Shown: positions 50,959-63,752 of the stretch, in pieces | Numbering within the stretch: position 1 is the first letter of the stretch | Layout: each line of letters begins with the position of its first letter | From: Escherichia coli | GTDB taxonomy: Bacteria; Pseudomonadota; Gammaproteobacteria; Enterobacterales; Enterobacteriaceae | Assembly: GCF_001677475.2 (NCBI RefSeq) | Contig: NZ_CP015229.1 | Direction: 5' to 3' (one strand) | DNA: 64,000 bases | Notes under the pieces: generated by a model | The model's input: the letters and a program-made list of their open reading frames with translations, nothing else | Databases searched by the model: none | What the model was told of the DNA's origin: nothing | Position numbers and translations under genes: made by a program

Positions 50959-51668
50959 TATGTATTCTCCTGATGGATGGTTCGGGTGAGGTAAAACTCG
51001 GCCAGTGCCAAATCTTCCGGGCGCGTGACTTTAATGTTATCCGCGCGGCCTTCGACCAACTGCGGATGAAATCCGCAATATTCCAGCGCCGAGGCTTCGT
51101 CGGTAATGGTAGCGCCTTCATTTAGAGCGCGCGTCAGACAGTCATATAACAGCTCACGAGGGAAAAATTGCGGCGTCAGCGCGTGCCATAAGCCGTTGCG
51201 ATCAACGGTATGAGCAATGGCATTTTTGCCCGGTTCGGCACGTTTCATCGTATCGCGCACTGGTGCGGCGAGGATCCCCCCCGTGCGGCTGGTTTCGCTC
51301 AACGCCAACAATCGCGCGAGGTCATCCTGATGCAGACAAGGACGAGCGGCGTCATGCACCAATACCCACTGCGCGTCGCCAGCGGCTTTCAGACCTGCCA
51401 GCACGGAATCGGCACGCTCATCACCGCCATCTACAACGGTGATTTGCGGATGATTCGCCAGAGGAAGTTGTGCAAAACGGCTATCGCCAGGACTTATGGC
51501 AATGACGACATGTTTCACCCGGGGATGCGCCAGCAGCGCATGCACCGAGTGTTCAAGAATGGTTTGATTACCGATTGAGAGATATTGCTTAGGACATTCC
51601 GTTTGCATTCGACGGCCAAATCCGGCCGCCGGAACCACGGCGCAAACATCCAAATGAGTGGTTGCCAT
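50958..51668 (-). CDS. ispD: 2-C-methyl-D-erythritol 4-phosphate cytidylyltransferase
   Basis: 236 aa ORF with N-terminal [11 protein letters not shown] motif. Confidence 0.95.
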
Positions 51669-51686
51669 GTTAATTCCTGGGCTGAT

Positions 51687-51998
51687 TTATCGATTGTTTT
51701 GCCCCGCAGACTGTGCGCGCTTCGACGCGTCAGGCACCAGACGATAAAAAGTTTCGCCCGGCCTGGTCATGCTGAGTTCATTACGCGCACGCTCTTCGAG
51801 CGCCTCCTGGCCGCCATTGAGATCGTCAATTTCGGCAAAAAGTTGATCGTTTCGCGCTTTAAGTTTCGCGTTTGTAGCTTGCTGTGCCGCCACATCATCA
51901 TTGACGCGGGTATAGTCATGTATACCGTTCTTACCGAACCACAGCGAATACTGTAGCCAGACCAGAATAGCCAGCAACAGCAGCGTTAGTTTACCCAT
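51687..51998 (-). CDS. ftsB: Cell division protein FtsB
   Basis: 103 aa ORF with N-terminal TM segment and coiled coil. Confidence 0.93.
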
Positions 51999-52191
51999 CC
52001 TGCCCCCTGAAAAACGGCATCATCATCCCATGCATCCGAAGACGACTCTACATCCTCTGTTGGGGATACCGCGACAACGCGGGCAAATGTACCACATTTG
52101 TCCATTGTTACGTATACCCAGGGCGTGCAGAACATAATCTCATTATTAGTTACGGTTTGAATTATGAACAGAGGAGACAAGAAAGTACAAA

Positions 52192-52515
52192 TTAGCCCAG
52201 TAGCCACATAAACAGTGCGCCAAACATAATGCCTACTGTCACCAGGGTGAAAACAATACTGTAGCGTAGCTTTCCGTCCATCAATGAATGCAGCGCAATT
52301 CCCACCACTACCGCGACGGGCATCAGCGCCAGAAAGAAAGGCCAAGTGTAGATAAAAAAGAACAGCGTGTTAGAACCATAAATCAACATCGGCATCGCCA
52401 GCGCAAATAACCAGGAGATAAAACCGACCACGGCACCTGGCAGTGACCATGTGGTTTCTTCATCCTCAGTAAGGCTGTCGTTATTTGTTAGTGTAATGTT
52501 ATGGCTATTACGCAT
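52192..52515 (-). CDS. ygbE: Small inner-membrane protein YgbE
   Basis: 107 aa ORF with three predicted TM helices. Confidence 0.85.
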   Translation of the reverse strand: MRNSHNITLTNNDSLTEDEETTWSLPGAVVGFISWLFALAMPMLIYGSNTLFFFIYTWPFFLALMPVAVVVGIALHSLMDGKLRYSIVFTLVTVGIMFGALFMWLLG

Positions 52516-52564
52516 ATTTGATCCTGTTACTTTGACGAACCGGGCATGAAAACCCGGTGGTGTC

Positions 52565-53170
52565 TCAGGATCTGATAATATCGTTCTGTCTCAACAGATC
52601 TAATAATTGCTGTACCAAATTTGTTACTAATTGTTCACCATTGAGATGAATTTCTGCCGATTCAGGCGCTTCGTAAACGGAATCTATTCCCGTAAAGTTG
52701 CGCAGTTCACCGGCACGCGCTTTCTTATATAAGCCTTTTGGATCGCGGGCTTCGCAAATCGCCAGCGGCGTATCGACAAGCACTTCGATAAAGCGCCCTT
52801 CTCCTACGCGTTCGCGAACCATCTGGCGTTCGGCGCGGTGTGGGGAGATAAATGCGGTCAGCACCACCAGCCCGGCATCTACCATCAGGTTAGCCACTTC
52901 ACCGACCCGACGGATATTTTCTTTGCGATCGGCATCGCTAAAACCGAGATCACTGCATAAGCCGTGGCGAACGTTGTCGCCATCCAGCAGATACGTACTG
53001 ACGCCGAGTTTATGTAACGCCTCCTCCAGCGCCCCGGCGACCGTCGATTTACCGGACCCGGAGAGGCCGGTAAACCACAGCACTACACCGCGATGACCGT
53101 GGTGTAGTTCGCGTTGTTGTACAGTGACTGGATGGCTATGCCAGACGACGTTTTCGTCATGCAGCGCCAT
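52565..53170 (-). CDS. cysC: Adenylyl-sulfate (APS) kinase
   Basis: 201 aa ORF with P-loop GLSGSGKST. Confidence 0.95.
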   Translation of the reverse strand: MALHDENVVWHSHPVTVQQRELHHGHRGVVLWFTGLSGSGKSTVAGALEEALHKLGVSTYLLDGDNVRHGLCSDLGFSDADRKENIRRVGEVANLMVDAGLVVLTAFISPHRAERQMVRERVGEGRFIEVLVDTPLAICEARDPKGLYKKARAGELRNFTGIDSVYEAPESAEIHLNGEQLVTNLVQQLLDLLRQNDIIRS

Positions 53171-54597
53171 TATTTATCCCCCAGTAAATCGCGCGCGCCC
53201 CAGTGTGGAAAGTGGCGGCGAACCAGGGCATTCAATTCCAGTTCGAATGCACTGAATTCAGATGGCGCAGCAGTCGCCTGGCTAACTGGCTCGTGCACCA
53301 TACCGGCACCCACGGTCACATTGCTCAGGCGATCGATAAAAATCAGCCCACCGGTAACCGGGTTTTGCTGATAGCGATCTAACACCAGCGGCTCGTCAAA
53401 AGTGAGATCCACCAGGCCGATGCCATTCAGCGGCAGGTTTTCAACTTCGCGTTGGGTAAGATTATTAATATCAACCTGATAACGAATGCCATCAACACGA
53501 GCACGCGTCTTCTTACCGGCAATTTTGATGTCGTAACTCTGGCCTGGGGAAAGCGGCTGTTCCGCCATCCATACCACATCCACCGACGCGCTCTGCACAG
53601 CCGGTAACGCTTCGTCTGCCGCCAGCAGCAGATCGCCACGGCTGATGTCGATCTCATCCGTCAGCACCAGGGTGATCGCTTCTCCGGCAAAGGCTTCTTC
53701 GCGATCGCCATCAAAAGTCACGATCCGCGCGACGTTTGATTCCACACCAGAGGGCAGCACTTTTACACGTTGCCCGACTTCCACGCGACCGGATGCCAGC
53801 GTTCCGGCGTAGCCACGAAAATCGAGATTCGGGCGGTTAACGTACTGCACCGGGAAGCGCATTGGCTGAACATCCACCACTCGCTGGATCTCCACGGTTT
53901 CCAGCACTTCGAGCAGTGTCGGACCGCTGTACCACGGCATACTTTCACTTTGCGAAGCCACGTTGTCACCTTCCAGTGCGGAGAGCGGCACAAAGCGGAT
54001 ATCCAGATTACCCGGCAGCTGCCCGGCAAAGGTCAGATAATCTTCACGAATACGGGTGAACGTCTCTTCACTGTAATCCACCAGATCCATTTTGTTGATC
54101 GCCACGACCAGATGTTTGATCCCCAACAGTGTGGAGATAAAACTGTGACGACGGGTTTGATCGAGCACGCCTTTACGGGCGTCGATCAGTAAGATCGCCA
54201 GTTCGCATGTCGATGCGCCGGTCGCCATATTGCGGGTGTACTGCTCGTGCCCAGGGGTGTCGGCGATAATAAATTTGCGCTTCTCGGTAGAGAAATAACG
54301 GTAAGCCACGTCAATGGTGATGCCCTGTTCGCGCTCAGCTTGCAGGCCGTCCACCAGCAGTGCCAGATCCAGCTTTTCGCCCTGAGTGCCGTGACGCTTA
54401 CTGTCGTTATGCAGCGATGAGAGCTGATCTTCGTAGATTTGGCGGGTATCGTGCAGCAGGCGACCAATCAGGGTACTTTTGCCGTCATCGACGCTACCAC
54501 AGGTCAGAAAACGCAGCAGGCTTTTATGTTGTTGCGCAATCATCCAGGCTTCGACGCCGCCTTCATTGGCGATTTGTTGTGCAAGTGCGGTGTTCAT
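53170..54597 (-). CDS. cysN: Sulfate adenylyltransferase subunit 1 (GTPase)
   Basis: 475 aa ORF with G-domain motifs GSVDDGKST and DTPGH. Confidence 0.95.
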   Translation of the reverse strand: MNTALAQQIANEGGVEAWMIAQQHKSLLRFLTCGSVDDGKSTLIGRLLHDTRQIYEDQLSSLHNDSKRHGTQGEKLDLALLVDGLQAEREQGITIDVAYRYFSTEKRKFIIADTPGHEQYTRNMATGASTCELAILLIDARKGVLDQTRRHSFISTLLGIKHLVVAINKMDLVDYSEETFTRIREDYLTFAGQLPGNLDIRFVPLSALEGDNVASQSESMPWYSGPTLLEVLETVEIQRVVDVQPMRFPVQYVNRPNLDFRGYAGTLASGRVEVGQRVKVLPSGVESNVARIVTFDGDREEAFAGEAITLVLTDEIDISRGDLLLAADEALPAVQSASVDVVWMAEQPLSPGQSYDIKIAGKKTRARVDGIRYQVDINNLTQREVENLPLNGIGLVDLTFDEPLVLDRYQQNPVTGGLIFIDRLSNVTVGAGMVHEPVSQATAAPSEFSAFELELNALVRRHFPHWGARDLLGDK

Positions 54598-54598
54598 C

Positions 54599-55507
54599 TT
54601 AAAAATACCCCTGACGTTTTTTCAACTCCATGGATCCCGCCTGGTCGCGGTCAATCACGCGACCCTGACGTTCACTGGTGGTGGAAACCAGCATCTCTTC
54701 GATGATTTCCGGCAGTGTTTGTGCATTTGACTCCACCGCACCGGTCAGCGGCCAGCAGCCCAGCGTACGGAAACGCACCATCCGTTTTTTAATCACTTCT
54801 CCCGGTTGCAGGTCGATACGGTTGTCATCAATCATCATCAACATACCGTCGCGTTCCAGAACCGGTCGTTCCGCAGCGAGATACAGCGGAACAATGTCGA
54901 TATTTTCCAGCCAGATGTATTGCCAGATATCCTGCTCGGTCCAGTTAGAGAGCGGGAAGACGCGAATGCTTTCGCCTTTGTTAATTTGCCCGTTGTAGTT
55001 GTGCCACAGCTCCGGGCGCTGATTTTTCGGATCCCAGCGATGGAAGCGGTCACGGAAAGAGTAGATTCGCTCTTTAGCGCGGGATTTCTCTTCGTCACGG
55101 CGCGCACCACCGAAGGCGGCATCAAAACCGTATTTATTCAGCGCCTGTTTCAGGCCTTCAGTTTTCATAATATCGGTATGTTTCGCGCTGCCATGAACGA
55201 ATGGATTAATCCCCATCGCTACGCCTTCCGGGTTTTTATGCACCAGCAGCTCGCAGCCGTAGGCTTTAGCCGTACGATCGCGGAACTCATACATCTCGCG
55301 GAATTTCCAGCCGGTATCGACATGCAGCAACGGGAAAGGCAGCGTACCTGGATAAAACGCCTTGCGCGCCAGATGCAGCATGACGCTGGAATCTTTACCG
55401 ATAGAGTAGAGCATCACCGGATTTGAGAATTCTGCCGCCACCTCGCGAATAATGTGGATGCTTTCCGCCTCCAGTTGCCGCAGGTGAGTAAGTCGTTTTT
55501 GATCCAT
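54599..55507 (-). CDS. cysD: Sulfate adenylyltransferase subunit 2
   Basis: 302 aa PAPS-reductase-like ORF starting [23 protein letters not shown]. Confidence 0.95.
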   Translation of the reverse strand: MDQKRLTHLRQLEAESIHIIREVAAEFSNPVMLYSIGKDSSVMLHLARKAFYPGTLPFPLLHVDTGWKFREMYEFRDRTAKAYGCELLVHKNPEGVAMGINPFVHGSAKHTDIMKTEGLKQALNKYGFDAAFGGARRDEEKSRAKERIYSFRDRFHRWDPKNQRPELWHNYNGQINKGESIRVFPLSNWTEQDIWQYIWLENIDIVPLYLAAERPVLERDGMLMMIDDNRIDLQPGEVIKKRMVRFRTLGCWPLTGAVESNAQTLPEIIEEMLVSTTSERQGRVIDRDQAGSMELKKRQGYF

Positions 55508-55758
55508 AACCGTTCCTTTGCAATACCGCTATTTTCTTGCCATCAGATGTTTCGACTATAGGGAGCGTAAGAGAACGAATGAAATTACCAATTAGAATGA
55601 GTAGTTCCTTAACGGAATAACGATTTGGCAAAGCTAATATCAAAAAGTGCTTAAGGCACCGGATTTCGGGCGTTTAGGAAGATTTGAAATTGTTTTAGCG
55701 CATCGGCAGTTTCATACTATGACGGTAAAAAAATTTGCATGGTATTTAAGGACTCACT

Positions 55759-56796
55759 ATGTTTTCCGCATTGCGCCACCGTACCGCTGCCCTGGCGCTC
55801 GGCGTATGCTTTATCCTCCCCGTACACGCCTCGTCACCTAAACCTGGCGATTTTGCTAATACCCAGGCACGACATATTGCTACTTTCTTTCCGGGACGCA
55901 TGACCGGAACTCCTGCAGAAATGTTATCTGCCGATTATATTCGCCAACAGTTTCAGCAAATGGGTTATCGCAGTGATATTCGGACATTTAATAGTCGGTA
56001 TATCTTCACCGATAAAAACAAGCGTAAAAGCTGGCATAACGTGACAGGAAGTACGGTGATTGCCGCTCATGAAGGAAAAGTGCCCCAGCAAATCATCATC
56101 ATGGCGCATCTTGATACCTATGCTCCGCAAAGCGATGCAGATATTGATGCCAACCTTGGCGGGTTAACATTACAAGGTGTGGATGATAATGCCGCAGGCC
56201 TTGGTGTTATGCTTGAACTGGCAGAGCGCCTGAAAGATATTCCTACTGAGTATGGGATTCGTTTTATTGCCACCAGTGGTGAAGAGGAAGGGAAATTAGG
56301 TGCTGAGAATTTACTCAAGCGGATGAGCGATACTGAAAAGAAAAATACCTTACTGGTGATTAATCTCGATAATTTGATCGTGGGCGATAAGCTTTATTTT
56401 AATAGTGGCGTAAATACACCGGAAGCTGTCAGGAAATTAACCCGTGATCGAGCGCTGGCAATTGCGCGTAGTCATGGAATTGCCGCAACGACCAATCCGG
56501 GTTTGAATAAAAATTATCCGAAAGGCACTGGGTGTTGTAATGACGCAGAAATATTCGACAAAGCCGGTATTGCTGTACTTTCGGTGGAAGCGACTAACTG
56601 GAATCTTGGGAATAAGGATGGTTATCAGCAACGCGCAAAAACAGCCGCATTCCCTGCGGGAAATAGCTGGCATGATGTAAGGCTTGATAATCAACAACAT
56701 ATTGATAAGGCGCTTCCTGGAAGAATAGAACGTCGCTGCCGTGATGTTATGCGGATAATGCTACCTCTGGTGAAGGAGTTGGCGAAGGCGTCTTGA
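55759..56796 (+). CDS. iap: Alkaline phosphatase isozyme conversion aminopeptidase
   Basis: 345 aa ORF with signal peptide and M28-family peptidase core, immediately upstream of the CRISPR array. Confidence 0.93.
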   Translation: MFSALRHRTAALALGVCFILPVHASSPKPGDFANTQARHIATFFPGRMTGTPAEMLSADYIRQQFQQMGYRSDIRTFNSRYIFTDKNKRKSWHNVTGSTVIAAHEGKVPQQIIIMAHLDTYAPQSDADIDANLGGLTLQGVDDNAAGLGVMLELAERLKDIPTEYGIRFIATSGEEEGKLGAENLLKRMSDTEKKNTLLVINLDNLIVGDKLYFNSGVNTPEAVRKLTRDRALAIARSHGIAATTNPGLNKNYPKGTGCCNDAEIFDKAGIAVLSVEATNWNLGNKDGYQQRAKTAAFPAGNSWHDVRLDNQQHIDKALPGRIERRCRDVMRIMLPLVKELAKAS

Positions 56797-56816
56797 TGGG
56801 TTTGAAAATGGGAGTT

Positions 56817-57516
56817 GGGAGTTCTACCGCAGGGGCGGGGAACTCCAAGTGATATCCATCATCGCATCCAGTGCGCCCGGTTTATCCCCGCTGGCGCGGG
56901 GAACACCAAATCCAGCCAGCCGCCGACGGTAATCACCCCGGTTTATCCCCGCTGGCGCGGGGAACACTATGGGGTAGGGCGCTATCAGACATTTACGCAC
57001 GGTTTATCCCCGCTGGCGCGGGGAACACTGCAAGTAACGTTAAGGGAACCGTGGAGACAGCGGTTTATCCCCGCTGGCGCGGGGAACACTTAGAAAACGC
57101 AATGAGCCGCGCGCCCATACCCGGTTTATCCCCGCTGGCGCGGGGAACACGGCACGCTGGACTGAACAAATCCCTGGGCCATCGGTTTATCCCCGCTGGC
57201 GCGGGGAACACACTTACAACCACAATAATAAAAAAAGCCTCGTCGGTTTATCCCCGCTGGCGCGGGGAACACGCCGCTATCTCACCACCAGAACTGTTAC
57301 CCGTCGGTTTATCCCCGCTGGCGCGGGGAACACTTGCAGTGGATAGTCATGTAGCCCGCGCGGGCCGGTTTATCCCCGCTGGCGCGGGGAACACTTTAAA
57401 TACTGCCGTTCCAGCTTGTTGATCGCCGGTTTATCCCCGCTGGCGCGGGGAACACCGTAACTGCCTGTACACGCTGTAATGGCTCACCGGTTTATCCCCG
57501 CTGGCGCGGGGAACAC
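56817..57516 (-). CRISPR. Type I-E CRISPR array: 12 repeats (11 canonical + 1 degenerate terminal) and 11 spacers of 32 bp
   Basis: 29 bp repeat cggtttatccccgctggcgcggggaacac (plus strand) at 56878, 56939, 57000, 57061, 57122, 57183, 57244, 57305, 57366, 57427, 57488 with exact 61 bp period; degenerate repeat gggagttctaccgcaggggcggggaactc at 56817-56845 at the leader-distal (iap) end. The crRNA is read from the minus strand. Confidence 0.98.
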
Positions 57517-57612
57517 ACTAAGCATACATAACTGTTTTTAAACAAATTTATTCCGCATCAACAATCTACCAACTAAATTAAAACATTTCCTTATTTTTAA
57601 AGAACGGATAAC
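57517..57612 (-). promoter_or_regulatory. CRISPR leader (AT-rich, contains the array promoter)
   Basis: 96 bp AT-rich segment between the first repeat and the cas2 stop codon. Confidence 0.8.
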
Positions 57613-58822
<1,210 letters not shown>

Positions 58823-58826
<4 letters not shown>

Positions 58827-59473
58827 GCCTCTGCTCCGGGTTTGATCAGCATCAGACCACAACCGAACGCCCGGCTTTTGCCATACCCCTGACTGAGACG
58901 TTGCAGAAATAACCCAGGATCGGTGACCGTAAGCATCCCCGTATAATCCACGCTACTGAACTGGATCAGTTGCCGGGAGTTTTCCCGCCGCAGTTGCTGT
59001 TGTCGGTAGGCATCAACCGAAGTATCCAGCAGTGTAAAACCGCTTCTCTCCCCCTGCGCTGCCAGCCAGTTCAGCGCAGCCTGTTGTTGATGCAACCAGA
59101 CATCACTTCCTTCCACCGGCCCCCTCACCTGCCGTTTCGCCTCCATCAGCAAGTCGTGGCGTTTGCCCGCTTTACAAATTGTTGGATTCGCCCGCAGGTT
59201 GAAACAAAGGGATTGTCCGGTACGCAACTCTGGCGCAAATGGTCGGCATTCGATGGTGAAAATATCACTTTCCGCCGGGCGTTCCTGCGACAGGACAAAA
59301 AAGCGAAACGCCCCCTGGAGTTCTTCCCGACGATAAAGAAATTGCCTTTCTTTGCCGCCAGGAAAAAGATCCCACAGCCACTGATGCATTACATATTCAC
59401 CGCGATCCACCAAATGCAGCAACTGCGCAGGCGAAAGCTGGCCGGTATGTAATGTTATTCTTGAGAGGTACAT
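58823..59473 (-). CDS. cas6e: crRNA endoribonuclease Cas6e (CasE/Cse3)
   Basis: Start at ATG 59471-59473 (MYLSRITLH, matching the conserved MYLS N-terminus); glycine-rich C-terminal loop GCGLMLIKP. The track start at 59611 overlaps cas5. Confidence 0.9.
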
Positions 59474-60201
59474 GGTTCCTCCTTGCTGAGCCACGGCCCC
59501 TGATTGATGGTGCGTTCCCCAAACAGCCACTGCTGACGATTTAAAGGAACATCCCGGCGACGTAATATTTTGCTCGCGACCAGGCCGTCGTGTTCCCCTT
59601 CCCACCAGCATTCATCCTGAAGTTTCGGGAGTGAGACTTTCAGTTCGCGGAAACTATCCTGATACTGTTGGTATGCGTTACGTAAGACATCAGACGCGTT
59701 GCCTTCGAGCAGTAACGGCGCAAGTGGTAACGCCAGCGGATGACTTTTTCGCCCCAGATAAAGCGGAAAAACCGGATGACGTAAACCGTCCTGCAACTGT
59801 TCAAGGCTGTAAGGCGCATCGGGGGTTGTTGCCACCGCCACCATCCACCAGGCATCGGTGTAGTAGTCGCGCCGGGAGATAATCGCGCTCAGAAGATCAG
59901 GGGCGCTCAACTCTTCGCGACGGCTGAAATAACGCGCTTTACGCACCTCTTTTGGCATCTGGACCGTGTGATAATCCCGTGCCCAGCGCGGGTTACGGCT
60001 GGCGCAAACCACCAGTGAATAGTGGCGGTTAAACGCGTTTAATCGTTCGGTATCATCACGCCGAATCCCTACCCCGGCAGCCAGCAGCCCCAGCAATGCT
60101 GAGCGCGAAGGCAGTTCATGGGTATGACGCACTTCGCCGGGGGCATCGACGCCCCAGGATGCCATTGGCCCATGAAGCTGAAAAATCAAATATTGGCTCA
60201 T
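59455..60201 (-). CDS. cas5: Cascade subunit Cas5 (CasD)
   Basis: 248 aa ORF MSQYLIFQLHGPMASWG, conserved Cas5e N-terminus. Confidence 0.9.
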   Translation of the reverse strand: MSQYLIFQLHGPMASWGVDAPGEVRHTHELPSRSALLGLLAAGVGIRRDDTERLNAFNRHYSLVVCASRNPRWARDYHTVQMPKEVRKARYFSRREELSAPDLLSAIISRRDYYTDAWWMVAVATTPDAPYSLEQLQDGLRHPVFPLYLGRKSHPLALPLAPLLLEGNASDVLRNAYQQYQDSFRELKVSLPKLQDECWWEGEHDGLVASKILRRRDVPLNRQQWLFGERTINQGPWLSKEEPCTSQE

Positions 60202-60211
60202 TAGCCGCCCC

Positions 60212-61267
60212 TTACGCGCAGATAAAGTCCAGCACGTCCTTCATGCTTCCCTGTTTGTTCATCACGTCAAAGCTTGCGCATTCGGTCTTCTGTTCATAGA
60301 CCGTATTCATATTTTCGCGAAGCGTTGTAATACGCTGCACCGCCACATCTAACTGCCGGGTGCCATTAATGGGTTCATAGAAAGCCGCCGCCAGAGAGCG
60401 TGGTTGTTCAGTGCCTTTTTCTGCCAGCGCCCAGGAGGCGTAGGCACGGCTGGCAAAGCTGTTCTGTTTGCCGGTTGGGGAGACTTTAAGTGCGGCTTCC
60501 GTAAAGGCGCGCAAGGTCTGATTAGCTAACGCTTCGTCACCGCCGAGGTTTTCGACCAGCAGATCTTTATCGATGCAGATATAGGTGTAGAACAGCGCAG
60601 AACCGAATCCGGTTTCACCAAGATGCCCGGCACCGGCATCTTCAGAAGCCTGGCGCAAATCATCAACGGCGGTGAAAAAATCATCTTCGACAATCGTTTC
60701 ACTGACACCAAATGCATGCGCGACCTGGCAGGCGGCTTCAACATTAAATTCGGGTTTATTCGCCAGCATACGACCAAACATAGCGATATCTACTGCCATG
60801 CGATCTTTACGTAACAAAGCGAGATCTTCCTCTTTTGGCGCGCGCTTTTCTTCGGCCAGTTGATGGGCCAGCGCTTTTACGGCGTCAAATTCTGCCGGGC
60901 TGATATGGACTAGCTGTTCAGTTTCGGCGTTAGTGAGCGGATCTTTTGGTTTTTTGTCGTTTTTAGCTTTCCCAAGATAATCCGCAATTTTCGCCGCCCA
61001 TTCGATGGCTTTTTTCTCTTCGATGCCTTTCTCAATCAGGATAGTTGCCGCCTCACGCGCAATACGCCCACTGCGAATACCAATATGGCCCGCCAGCGCC
61101 TGTTCAAAAAGTGCAGAAGTGCGCCACGCACGTTTCAGACTTTGTGAGGAAACGCGCAGACGCGTTGCTCCACCCAGTACCACAGTTTTTGGCGCACCGG
61201 TGTCATCACGGTTAAGGTTGGCAGCAGGGTAAGCGGTTAACAAATGAAGCTGAATAAATGTCGTCAT
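60212..61267 (-). CDS. cas7: Cascade backbone subunit Cas7 (CasC/Cse4)
   Basis: 351 aa ORF MTTFIQLHLLTAYPAANLNRDDTGAPKT, Cas7e signature. Confidence 0.9.
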   Translation of the reverse strand: MTTFIQLHLLTAYPAANLNRDDTGAPKTVVLGGATRLRVSSQSLKRAWRTSALFEQALAGHIGIRSGRIAREAATILIEKGIEEKKAIEWAAKIADYLGKAKNDKKPKDPLTNAETEQLVHISPAEFDAVKALAHQLAEEKRAPKEEDLALLRKDRMAVDIAMFGRMLANKPEFNVEAACQVAHAFGVSETIVEDDFFTAVDDLRQASEDAGAGHLGETGFGSALFYTYICIDKDLLVENLGGDEALANQTLRAFTEAALKVSPTGKQNSFASRAYASWALAEKGTEQPRSLAAAFYEPINGTRQLDVAVQRITTLRENMNTVYEQKTECASFDVMNKQGSMKDVLDFICA

Positions 61268-61281
61268 GAGATAGTCCTTTA

Positions 61282-61818
61282 TTAATTTTGTTCGTTATCG
61301 GCGTCGCCAGCCTGGTAATATTCCAGCGCCCAGCGGATACGGATAAATTCTGTTGGCCGCTGCTGGCGGCGGTGATGATTGAGCAGATCGTCGCTCTCCT
61401 GGCACCAGCGGAAAATATCGTCTGCCAAAGAGATAAGATTGACGGAACCATTTAATAATTTGACCGCGCGACGTAACTGGCGCAGTAATTCATCCGGCGT
61501 TTTGACTGCCGACAGGCGAGTAAAACGCCCCTCAGACATTACCGCCGCCAACTGCGCGGCAAAAGGCTGCCGTTCATCAATGGCTTTTACATTGGCGGCA
61601 ACGGCGGCAACCAGCGCCAGTGCGGTAAAACGCCACTCCTGTGATTCAATTTTCCACAACGTGTGGGTCTGCATCAGCAGTGAACGAAACCCTTCTGACA
61701 GACAAACATCATTAACCGTTGTGCTACGCCGCAGACTGGCACGATTGCCGCGTTTTTCCTGCAACTCTTCGTGCCATTTACGCAGCGTGGCTTTGTGCTC
61801 CTCTTTTACAATACTCAT
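61282..61818 (-). CDS. cse2: Cascade small subunit Cse2 (CasB)
   Basis: 178 aa ORF; its ATG overlaps the cse1 stop (ATGA). Confidence 0.88.
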   Translation of the reverse strand: MSIVKEEHKATLRKWHEELQEKRGNRASLRRSTTVNDVCLSEGFRSLLMQTHTLWKIESQEWRFTALALVAAVAANVKAIDERQPFAAQLAAVMSEGRFTRLSAVKTPDELLRQLRRAVKLLNGSVNLISLADDIFRWCQESDDLLNHHRRQQRPTEFIRIRWALEYYQAGDADNEQN

Positions 61819-63377
61819 TCAGCAGCCTCCTGCTTTTTCTCCCTGGCGGCTTTAGCACTTTGCTTCTCCGCCGATGTTGTAAAATATTTCTTGCGCGCGG
61901 TCATGACGCGTTTCAAATCAACGGGCTCATAAGGATTAGTGAATACACGCTCGTCAAAATCCTGACGCGCGAATAACCAAATTTCCTTTTGCCATTTGCC
62001 GAGTAATTCATCCGCATCCTGACCTTCTTCAATTTGGCGCACTAACCTCAGGAAGCGATGCTGAGTTTTGTTCCAGAAGTCGATATCCACAAAACTGAAA
62101 TCACCCCTTGCACCTTTTGGATCGGAGAACCATGCTTCTTTCAATGCACTCCGTAACAGACTCAGAATCCGTGAAGCCGTTTGCGCAGCCAGCCGCAGCT
62201 TCGGTATCTGGCCTTCTTTTTTATTGAGCAGTAGCGGGAAATGGTGTTCGTACCAACAGCGCGCTTTCATGTTGTCAAAATCATAACCAAATCCCCACAG
62301 GCCCACTTTTGCCTGTTTCAGACTGCTGGCATTAAAGAGTTTCACCACCAGCGCGGGAAGTTCCGTATTGTTTTCTGATTTACCCGTTTCGATAAGGCCT
62401 AACCAGTCGCGCCAGATTAAACCGCCCGGTTGTGGTTTAACGGAGTAAAACTCGCCACCCTCTTTAAGTGGTACACGGTAAGGCGTTAAGGGATGCTGCC
62501 ACATGGCATAATTGGCACCATAATTTTTGGTCGTCATCAGGCTCAGGAGCGCGTCGTTCTGCTCGTCGCAAATATCGCAGTTGCCGACTGTCGTGGTATT
62601 AAAATCAATACGTATACGCCGCGGCATTCCCCAGTACGCCTGGAGTTTATTGACCTGATCATGGGTTACCACCGCACCGGCCAGTTCGCTGGTACGCGTC
62701 GGGCCTAGCCAGGGGAAAATCAGATCGTCAAATTTTTTGGGTAGCGGTAAGTCGGCTTCATCCTGCGGCATCACGTTGAGCCACAGTTTGCGCCACAAGG
62801 GTGTTTGTTGATTGCCCTGATATTCCTGTAATTCAATGAGAGTCGTCATCGGCCCACCGCCGCGTAAACCGGTGCGATAGCCTTTGCCGCCCGCGGGTGC
62901 ATTCAACTGTAAAGAGAACAAGGCCAATGCTAAGCAATGGGGGCACAGATATTCCGTTACACCCCGCTTGATAAAATGGTCTTTATTAAACTTCGTCGTT
63001 TGAGAACCGGGAATCTCAGGCAGTAGCGAAGCGACCGGAACTTTATCTCCCGTGAGCGCCTCAAAATCCTGCATAAATGAAGGGGAATCTGGCCCAAACT
63101 GGAAAGCATGTTCTAAGGACAGCAATGCTTCCCGTAGCTTTTCAGCTTCCAGTCCGTCTTCCCAGATATCATCCCAACGACGATGATCTTTTGGCGCGAA
63201 GCTGGTTTGTAGTAGCCCCAGCAAAAACTGCCAGGCCGCCCCCTGGAGATCTGCCCGCGGCGCAGCGATATCGACAACATTTTCATCCGCCAGATCGACT
63301 GGCGCCAGTTTGCCTGTCGTTCCGTCTTTATAACGAACGGGCAACCACGGGGTTGTTATAATTGAAAAAAATTCCAT
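61815..63377 (-). CDS. cse1: Cascade large subunit Cse1 (CasA)
   Basis: Start at ATG 63375-63377 (MEFFSIITTPWLPVR) gives 520 aa; the sequence is clearly not the K-12 CasA as I recall it, so this is the other E. coli I-E variant. Confidence 0.88.
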   Translation of the reverse strand: MEFFSIITTPWLPVRYKDGTTGKLAPVDLADENVVDIAAPRADLQGAAWQFLLGLLQTSFAPKDHRRWDDIWEDGLEAEKLREALLSLEHAFQFGPDSPSFMQDFEALTGDKVPVASLLPEIPGSQTTKFNKDHFIKRGVTEYLCPHCLALALFSLQLNAPAGGKGYRTGLRGGGPMTTLIELQEYQGNQQTPLWRKLWLNVMPQDEADLPLPKKFDDLIFPWLGPTRTSELAGAVVTHDQVNKLQAYWGMPRRIRIDFNTTTVGNCDICDEQNDALLSLMTTKNYGANYAMWQHPLTPYRVPLKEGGEFYSVKPQPGGLIWRDWLGLIETGKSENNTELPALVVKLFNASSLKQAKVGLWGFGYDFDNMKARCWYEHHFPLLLNKKEGQIPKLRLAAQTASRILSLLRSALKEAWFSDPKGARGDFSFVDIDFWNKTQHRFLRLVRQIEEGQDADELLGKWQKEIWLFARQDFDERVFTNPYEPVDLKRVMTARKKYFTTSAEKQSAKAAREKKQEAAE

Positions 63378-63752
63378 ACGCTTTCCTCGCAAATAAGACC
63401 ATCCATGGTAGGTTGTCCATCACCATATTCAAGAATCAATCGAAAAGAGAGATTACATCATATTAAATGAATATATTGAAAATTAGATTATTATTAAATA
63501 ATCAATAAATCACACGAATATATAAAGATAATTTTCTATAATGCTTTTCGCTCAGGCTCTATCACTTAATAAAAACCAAAGTATTCTTTATCAAAAGGTT
63601 TTTCAACTCTGCTTCCGGACATTGTTACATATATCAATAACTCTTAGAGATTTTCTTTATTTCGAATAACCCTTATTTTTGATATAAACGTCTTCAGTTC
63701 CCTGTCTAAGGGATTAACCAAGTTAGTGATACACGTATATCATTTTATGCTC
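63378..63752 (-). promoter_or_regulatory. AT-rich cse1 upstream region (cas operon promoter region)
   Basis: About 375 bp of very AT-rich DNA between the cas3 end and the cse1 start, as expected for the cas operon promoter region. Confidence 0.7.

Noticed and set aside
56815-57422. Plus-strand ORFs 56815..57093 and 56871..57422 with repeated RFIPAGAGNT peptides
   Set aside because: They are translations across the CRISPR repeats; the periodic peptide repeat is the 61 bp repeat-spacer unit read in frame, not a protein.
63393-63750. Target of the pseudo-spacer (tggcgtca seed or its reverse complement) within the cse1 upstream region
   Set aside because: No match to the first 8-12 nt of the pseudo-spacer on either strand was seen by eye in this interval; a genome-wide search is needed before any target claim.
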